Source of the DNA: Candidatus Omnitrophota bacterium
Lineage (GTDB): Bacteria; Omnitrophota; Gorgyraeia; 2-01-FULL-45-10
Direction of reading: 5' to 3'
NCBI GenBank assembly: GCA_041663425.1
Contig: JBAYMS010000001.1
Location: 8,884-72,883 of the forward strand
Length of the DNA stretch: 64,000 nt
Shown: piece after piece, positions 58,330 to 64,000 of the stretch
Layout: every line of letters begins with the position of its first letter
Position numbering within the stretch: position 1 is the first letter of the stretch
Program-made: the position numbers and the translations under genes
The notes under the pieces: model-generated
The model's input: only the letters and a program-made list of their open reading frames with translations
Database searches by the model: none
Told to the model about the DNA's origin: nothing

Positions 58330-58767
58330 GTGAAAAAAATATTTCCAGTTCTTCTGGCGGTTGCCGTGCTAATTAGTAGCGGCCTAATTATTTCTTTGCC
58401 GGCCCAAGCAGAAGATAATGCCAAAAGCGCGCAAGTTGTTGCTTATTATTTTCACGGAGATATGCGTTGTCCCACTTGCCATAAGCTGGAGCAATATTCT
58501 AAAGAAGCGGTGGAGACTAACTTTAAGGATGCGGTTGCATCCGGAAAATTAGACTTTAAAGTTATCAATGTAGAAGATAAAGGCAACGAACACTATGCTA
58601 GCGATTACCAGCTTTACACCAAATCGCTTATTTTGTCTTTAGTTAAAGACGGTAAGGAAATAAAATGGAAGAATATGGATAAGATATGGGAGTATGTACA
58701 TAATAAAGAGAAATTTATTGATTATGTAAAGAGCGGGGTTGCCGATTTATTAAAGGAAACCAAATGA
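58330..58767 (+). CDS. Secreted thioredoxin-like protein with a CPTC motif.
   Basis: Signal peptide, then VVAYYFHGDMRCPTCHKLE. Confidence 0.45.
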   Translation: MKKIFPVLLAVAVLISSGLIISLPAQAEDNAKSAQVVAYYFHGDMRCPTCHKLEQYSKEAVETNFKDAVASGKLDFKVINVEDKGNEHYASDYQLYTKSLILSLVKDGKEIKWKNMDKIWEYVHNKEKFIDYVKSGVADLLKETK

Positions 58768-59444
58768 CAGAGATGCTTATAGCTTTTGCGTCAGCATTAT
58801 GGCTAGGTATATTAACTTCAATAAGCCCGTGCCCTTTGGCTAGCAATGTAGCCGCTATTTCTTTTTTATCTAAAAAGATAACACATCCAGCGCTTGTGTT
58901 TATTTCAGGCCTTGCCTACATGTTTGGTAGAATGGTATCTTATGCGATCTTGGGATGGATTATTATTAGTTCCCTTATAAGTGTCCCTCAAGTCGCCCAG
59001 TTCTTACAGAAATACATGGGGAAGGCTTTGGGGCTCATTCTGATTCTTGTCGGCCTCGTCCTGCTTGAGGTGCTAACGCTTCGTTTGCCCGGGTTGTCGT
59101 TGTCGCAAAAACATCACAAAAGAATAGCAGAGTCCGGCGCTCCGGGGGCCTTTTTGCTTGGCTTTATCTTTGCCCTTTCTTTTTGTCCTATTTCCGCCGC
59201 ATTATTTTTCGGAAGCCTTATACCTCTTGCGGTAGATAGTAAAATAGGCCTGGCCCTGCCATTTGTATATGGAATAGGAACAGGCCTTCCTGTATTTATT
59301 TTTGCTCTGGGTATTGCGCTGGGGGTTGCATCCTTAAGTCATTGGTTTAAGAAGCTGATAGCGATCGAAATATATGCCAGGAAAATCACAGGGGTGGTTT
59401 TTATTGCTGTGGGGTTGTATTATATTTTAAGATACATAGTATAA
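58764..59444 (+). CDS. CcdA/DsbD-family transmembrane thiol-disulfide electron transporter.
   Basis: Membrane Cys in TM1 (SISPCPL) and TM4 (SFCPIS); six TM segments. Confidence 0.6.
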   Translation: MTEMLIAFASALWLGILTSISPCPLASNVAAISFLSKKITHPALVFISGLAYMFGRMVSYAILGWIIISSLISVPQVAQFLQKYMGKALGLILILVGLVLLEVLTLRLPGLSLSQKHHKRIAESGAPGAFLLGFIFALSFCPISAALFFGSLIPLAVDSKIGLALPFVYGIGTGLPVFIFALGIALGVASLSHWFKKLIAIEIYARKITGVVFIAVGLYYILRYIV

Positions 59445-59451
59445 AGATAAT

Positions 59452-60282
59452 GTGAGGACATACATGAAAAATATAAAAAGCAAGGTTAGAGAAGGATACG
59501 CGAAGATCGCCAAAACAAACGGTTCATGCTGCGGCGGAAGCCCATGCTGTTCCGGGGCAAATCCGGCCGAGACTATAAGCAAGAATGTAGGATATAAAGA
59601 CGAGGATATGAAAAATGTGCCTGAAGGTGCAAACCTGGGGCTTGGCTGCGGTAACCCAATCGCTCTGGCATCTTTAAAGGCCGGTGAAGCCGTACTTGAC
59701 TTAGGGTCCGGTGCAGGCTTTGACGCGTTTCTGGCAGCTAAAAAAGTCGGAAAAGATGGCCGGGTGATAGGAGTAGACATGACGCCCGAGATGGTCGAGA
59801 AAGCGCGCGGCAATGCAGATAAGGGCGGATATAAAAATGTAGAGTTCCGCTTAGGAGAGATCGAAAGCCTGCCCGTCGCAGACGCCTGCGTCGATGTCAT
59901 AATATCGAACTGTGTTATTAATCTCTCGCCCGATAAGCAAAAAGTATTTCAGGAGGCTATGAGGGTTTTAAAGAATGGCGGAAGGCTTATGGTTTCTGAT
60001 CTGGTGCTTCGCAAAGAGCTGCCCGGGGTAATAAAAAAGTCGGTCGAAGCTTATGTAGGCTGCATTTCAGGAGCCGTTCTGAAAAAAGAGTATCTGGAAT
60101 ATATAAAAAATGCCGGTTTTGAAAATATTGACGTGGTTGGTGAGACATCATTTCCTATGGACGATATGGCTCACGATATAACCGCAAAAGCGATCAAAGA
60201 TAACATCGACTTAACTCCGGACGATATTAAAGCACTGGAAGGGTCAGTGGTCAGCATAAAAGTATCCGCTATAAAAAAATAA
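59452..60282 (+). CDS. arsM: Arsenite S-adenosylmethionine methyltransferase.
   Basis: N-terminal Cys pairs (CCGGSPCCSG), SAM motif LDLGSGAGFD, and the conserved SNCVINLS cysteine. Confidence 0.75.
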   Translation: MRTYMKNIKSKVREGYAKIAKTNGSCCGGSPCCSGANPAETISKNVGYKDEDMKNVPEGANLGLGCGNPIALASLKAGEAVLDLGSGAGFDAFLAAKKVGKDGRVIGVDMTPEMVEKARGNADKGGYKNVEFRLGEIESLPVADACVDVIISNCVINLSPDKQKVFQEAMRVLKNGGRLMVSDLVLRKELPGVIKKSVEAYVGCISGAVLKKEYLEYIKNAGFENIDVVGETSFPMDDMAHDITAKAIKDNIDLTPDDIKALEGSVVSIKVSAIKK

Positions 60283-60283
60283 T

Positions 60284-61870
60284 ATGCATGAAAATAACAA
60301 TAAAATTTTAAACCCTGTTTTTTTAACGCTTATTTTATGTGTAGCTGGGTTTATTATTTATTCCAATACTCTTGCCGGCTCTTTTCAGCTCGACGATCAT
60401 ATAGTCATTATTGATAATACCGCAGTAAAAAATATATCAAACCCAGGCGGTATCTGGAAGTATTGGCCCACGCGCTTTATTACGAATTTTTCATTTGCTG
60501 TAAATTATCAGATGGGGAAGCTTAACGTGTTATATTACCATCTGTTCAATCTTCTTATTCATATAGGTTCTGCGATATTGGTGTGGCGGCTTATGCTGCT
60601 TACTCTTATATCTCCCGGCATGAAGGGGCAGGGAATCACAAATTATAGAGAGGAAATAGCATTCTTCGCAGGATTAGTATTTTTAACTCATCCTATTCAG
60701 ACTCAGGCGGTAAGCTACATAGTCCAGAGAGCCACTTCAATGTCAGGGTTTTTTTGTATCCTGTCTATGTATCTTTACGCCAGGGCGGCATTGTTAGATG
60801 GAAAGTTTTACTTTGGAGCATTGCTGGCAGGAATAATAGCTATGTTTACAAAAGAGAGTGCCGTGATCCTGCCATTTACCATAATGCTCTACGATTTCTT
60901 TTTTATTACTGAATCCCAGTCCTCCAGATGGAAGCGGATCGCGCCTTTTCTTTTTACGCTATTTATAATTCCTGCGACCATGTTTTTTACCAGATCAATC
61001 GATTTTGCGAATATGTGCAGGGTCCAGGAGGGCTCGCCCGGCATTGCACCCGCAAACTATTTAATGACGCAATTCGGAGTTATTGTAGAATATATGAAGC
61101 TTCTGATCGTGCCCGTGAGCCAAAACGTAGACCACGATTATCGCGTTGCTTTATCTTTTACACAGCCGCAGGTTTTTATGCCCATGACTGCCCTTATATT
61201 TGTTCTTATTATAGGAGTTAAAACATTTTCGAAATACAAGCTGATCTCATTCGGGATCTTCTGGTTTTTTATTACTCTTTTACCGGAATCGAGCGTTATT
61301 CCGATAGCCGACGTTATGTTTGAACACAGGCTGTATCTGCCGATGTTAGGATATAGCGTTTTTCTGGCAGGGTTAATATATTACGCCTTAGAACGCACTG
61401 GAATAAAGACTGTGAAGACAGTCATGATGTGTTTAGTAATCATTTATTGTGCGATGACTTATAGCAGGAACTTTGTCTGGCAGAGCGAGGTCAGTCTGTG
61501 GGATGACGCAGTGAGAAAATCCCCCGCTAAAAGCCGGGTTTATAATAACCGCGGCTATGCTTATCTCGAAAAGGATAGGTTTGACCTTGCCATAAAAGAT
61601 TTCGATAAAGCGATTGCCCTTGAGCCAGATATTGAAGCAGGATATTATTACAACCGCGGCAATGTCTATAATTACACAGATAAGCCCGACGCTGCGATCG
61701 CCGATTATAGCAAGGCTATTGAGATGAATCCTTATTATGGCTTTGCATATATCGGAAGAGCATTTGCTTATTTTAAAAAGAAGGACTTCGATAAAAGTAA
61801 GGCAGATGTAGCCCGGGCAAAATCTCTTGGCTATGAAACAGATGCGATAAGCGCCGCTTTAGGACAATAA
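60284..61870 (+). CDS. Polytopic membrane protein with C-terminal TPR repeats; paralog of the gene at 50610..52148.
   Basis: Shares the blocks LDDHIVI, HPIQTQAVSYIVQRA and FEHRLYLP with its paralog, then a TPR run (YNNRGYAYLEKDRFDLAIKDFDKAIALEPD...). Confidence 0.55.
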   Translation: MHENNNKILNPVFLTLILCVAGFIIYSNTLAGSFQLDDHIVIIDNTAVKNISNPGGIWKYWPTRFITNFSFAVNYQMGKLNVLYYHLFNLLIHIGSAILVWRLMLLTLISPGMKGQGITNYREEIAFFAGLVFLTHPIQTQAVSYIVQRATSMSGFFCILSMYLYARAALLDGKFYFGALLAGIIAMFTKESAVILPFTIMLYDFFFITESQSSRWKRIAPFLFTLFIIPATMFFTRSIDFANMCRVQEGSPGIAPANYLMTQFGVIVEYMKLLIVPVSQNVDHDYRVALSFTQPQVFMPMTALIFVLIIGVKTFSKYKLISFGIFWFFITLLPESSVIPIADVMFEHRLYLPMLGYSVFLAGLIYYALERTGIKTVKTVMMCLVIIYCAMTYSRNFVWQSEVSLWDDAVRKSPAKSRVYNNRGYAYLEKDRFDLAIKDFDKAIALEPDIEAGYYYNRGNVYNYTDKPDAAIADYSKAIEMNPYYGFAYIGRAFAYFKKKDFDKSKADVARAKSLGYETDAISAALGQ

Positions 61871-61871
61871 T

Positions 61872-63233
61872 TTATTTTGGCAGGAAAGTTTTTACCTTGC
61901 TGAGCAGCTTCTCAGGAGCATATGGCTTCTGGATAAAGTCATCCGCGCCCATGTCGCGCACCTTCTTCTCAAGATCGTCTTCGACATTGCCGGTGGAAAT
62001 GATCACCGGAATATTGCGCGTAGCATCAATCTGACGGAGATTTTTCAGCACAAAATAGTCATCTACCCCAGGCAGGCTTAGATCGAGAATGATGAGAGAC
62101 GGATTTTCTGTCTGAGCGCTTTTCAGCCCTCCCGCAGCGTCGTTGTTTACCAAGGCTTCGTAACCATTCGCTATAACCATATTTGCGAGCGCGGAAGCAA
62201 AATTTTTGTCATCTTCTATTATAAGTATCTTGTTATTATTTGTATGCACGTGTCTCTCCTTTTGCGCCAACGGCGCTAAAATAGTAAAGCAGTTTGGTTT
62301 TCTAGGTCCGCTGGTTGCCCATACTCTGCCGTTATGAAGCTCTATTATATCTTTTGCTATTGCCAACCCGAGGCCGTGGCCTTCCACGGAAGCATCGAGG
62401 CGTTCAAATTTATCAAATATCTTCTCCAGCATATTTTCAGCTATGGGAGTTCCTGTATTCAAGAATTCCATCCGCGCAAAGCCAGGTTCGGGCAGCATCC
62501 GGATAATGACTTTGCCTCCGGGGGGAGTATATTTTATAGAATTATTCAAGAGGTTGTTGATTGCGCGAACCATCTTTTCCCGGTCAGCGTGGACGGCAAG
62601 TTCTTTTTTAGAAGGCTCTATCAGCAACGTAATATTTTTTGAAACGGCTATGGCTTCAAGCTCGCGTTTCTGTTCGTCAACGATATCGCGCAGATCGAAT
62701 AAGCTTAAATTTAATTTAGCTATGCGTGCTTCATACTTGTATGTGTCGATCAGCTCCATGATTATGGAGTTCATCCTGTCCGTAACGCTGTCGCAGCTCA
62801 AAATGCATTCTTTTTGTTTTGCCGTAAGGTCTCCGTGGTAGCCCGCCCTTAACCCTGCTATATCGGCTTTAATTGCGGACAGGGGGCTTTTGAGGTCGTG
62901 AGCAAGAGACATAGCAAATTTTGATTTTAACTCATCCGCTTTTTTTGCCCTCGTCGCATAACTAAGGATTTTATTAATTATCTCCTCGAGAACTTTATAG
63001 CCGATGGTATAACCGAGAAGAATTATAACGCCGGCCAGGATGCAGATCCGTGTGAGGTCGGCGACAGATGTCTCAGCAGTGAAATTATTACTATAAATTA
63101 TATAAATCAGGGTAAGGATAGGGATGATGCTTATCAGGAGAAATGCAAGGTTAAGCTGCCTGTAAGGATTTTCATTTAGTTCCTGCAGTAATAGCCGGAG
63201 CTTGCTGTCTTTTTTCATGATACAAGGATACAT
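61872..63233 (-). CDS. Hybrid sensor histidine kinase / response regulator.
   Basis: Two N-terminal TM segments, HisKA (SLAHDLKSPL), HATPase_c (N, G1, G2 boxes) and a C-terminal receiver (ILIIEDD...ILDLSLPG). Confidence 0.8.
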   Translation of the reverse strand: MYPCIMKKDSKLRLLLQELNENPYRQLNLAFLLISIIPILTLIYIIYSNNFTAETSVADLTRICILAGVIILLGYTIGYKVLEEIINKILSYATRAKKADELKSKFAMSLAHDLKSPLSAIKADIAGLRAGYHGDLTAKQKECILSCDSVTDRMNSIIMELIDTYKYEARIAKLNLSLFDLRDIVDEQKRELEAIAVSKNITLLIEPSKKELAVHADREKMVRAINNLLNNSIKYTPPGGKVIIRMLPEPGFARMEFLNTGTPIAENMLEKIFDKFERLDASVEGHGLGLAIAKDIIELHNGRVWATSGPRKPNCFTILAPLAQKERHVHTNNNKILIIEDDKNFASALANMVIANGYEALVNNDAAGGLKSAQTENPSLIILDLSLPGVDDYFVLKNLRQIDATRNIPVIISTGNVEDDLEKKVRDMGADDFIQKPYAPEKLLSKVKTFLPK

Positions 63234-63361
63234 TCAGGTGTAGGAAAAGTCAAGGCATGGCGTAAAAGATTTTGAGTAACAGCAAAAATACCGCCTGAAA
63301 ATTATTGCTATAATTAATTTTAACGGCTATAATAAAACAAATACCAAAATAACGGGATGCT

Positions 63362-64000
63362 ATGGGATATAAAAGGCATAAAAAAGCATTTACGATAATC
63401 GAACTGTTAATAATTTTTTCGGTTATTGTAATCATCATCGGCATCTCTATACCGCGGTTTAAAGGGATGGCAGATTCAGCCGCCTATGCCAAAGCCAAAA
63501 AAGAGCTGGTCATGCTCTCATCGGCGGTAGAAAGTTTCTCTATCCATAATAATAAAGTGTATCCTGTAGCCTTAGCAAATCTTGTTGCTACCGTGCCTCT
63601 TATAGTTAAATCGTTACCGTTGGACCCATTTAAAAAAGATGCTGATTATGGGTATTATTTATCCCCAAACGGTAAATACTACATAATTTTCTCCGCTGGA
63701 TTTAACGGTGTTGCCACAATAGGCGGTATAGACGATACAGGCACACCTACCGGATCAGTAGGGGACGATGTCTATGTATCCAACGGCGGGTCTTCTACGG
63801 GCGGACTTACGTATAGCTGGAGCATGAATGAAGGTTCCGGAAAGACGGTAGGGGAAGGGCTTTATTCCGGGCAGATAGTAGGAAATGCGGCGTGGACGGA
63901 TGGCAAAGTAGGTGCAGCCCTGGATTTTGACGGCACCGGCAGCCATGTTTCTGTGCCAGACTCTTCCGTGCTCGACCTGACTACACAAGGAACTGTTGCA
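63362..64000 (+). CDS. Prepilin-type N-terminal domain protein with a LamG/concanavalin-like C-terminal region. Partial; it continues past the window end and is absent from the ORF track.
   Basis: MGYKRHKKAFTIIELLIIFSVIVII... is the pilin-like N-terminus. ...WTDGKVGAALDFDGTGSHVSVPDSSVLDLT is a LamG-type motif. No stop codon before 64000. Confidence 0.55.
   Translation, partial: MGYKRHKKAFTIIELLIIFSVIVIIIGISIPRFKGMADSAAYAKAKKELVMLSSAVESFSIHNNKVYPVALANLVATVPLIVKSLPLDPFKKDADYGYYLSPNGKYYIIFSAGFNGVATIGGIDDTGTPTGSVGDDVYVSNGGSSTGGLTYSWSMNEGSGKTVGEGLYSGQIVGNAAWTDGKVGAALDFDGTGSHVSVPDSSVLDLTTQGTVA

Noticed and set aside
63250-63444. A 64-aa minus-strand ORF.
   Set aside because: It overlaps the 5' end of a convincing plus-strand prepilin-type gene (63362 onward) and is hydrophobic low-complexity antisense sequence.

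Overview
This window reads as a bacterial chromosomal replication-origin region flanked by housekeeping operons and several accessory insertions. The organism is uncultivated-looking, with features common in the PVC group or Omnitrophota (DUF1559 pilin-like proteins, TPR-fused polytopic membrane proteins). No rRNA genes or CRISPR arrays were seen.

Positions 1-20096 are coded entirely on the minus strand: partial thiE, a ThiI-like PP-loop ATPase, an HTH-PLD protein, rarA, pheT, pheS, rplT, rpmI, infC, thrS, tRNA-Leu, tRNA-Glu, gyrA, gyrB, a DciA/DUF721-like gene, dnaN and dnaA. Coding flips to the plus strand at about 20.2 kb, where a cluster of DnaA boxes and a strong promoter precede rpmH-rnpA-yidD-yidC-parA-parB. 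Both observations support oriC lying beside dnaA.

Downstream on the plus strand come ndk, yicC, gmk, rpoZ, split coaC/coaB, a pilin-like gene, tRNA-Cys and tRNA-Val, glmS and rsmI. A complete pyr operon follows (pyrR-B-C-[EndoQ-like PHP nuclease]-K-D-F-E), with a PyrR attenuator in its leader.

After tRNA-Val(TAC), a GIY-YIG gene and tRNA-Asp, there is an AT-rich island. It carries a two-gene module: a small PD-(D/E)xK-like protein plus a 956-aa PHP-phosphoesterase fused to a Rad50/SbcC-like coiled-coil ABC ATPase. An IS3-family insertion sequence sits next to it. This module is the best candidate here for a previously undescribed nuclease-ATPase (defence-like) system.

The remainder encodes an inverse-autotransporter-like beta-helix protein, a response regulator, an Ntn hydrolase, outer-membrane and other membrane proteins, and a DUF1211 channel-like protein. 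It also encodes two paralogous TPR-fused polytopic membrane proteins and an ArsM-containing arsenic/thiol-redox cluster. A hybrid sensor kinase and a partial pilin-LamG gene close the window. A conserved ~35-nt hairpin motif recurs immediately upstream of two unrelated start codons.
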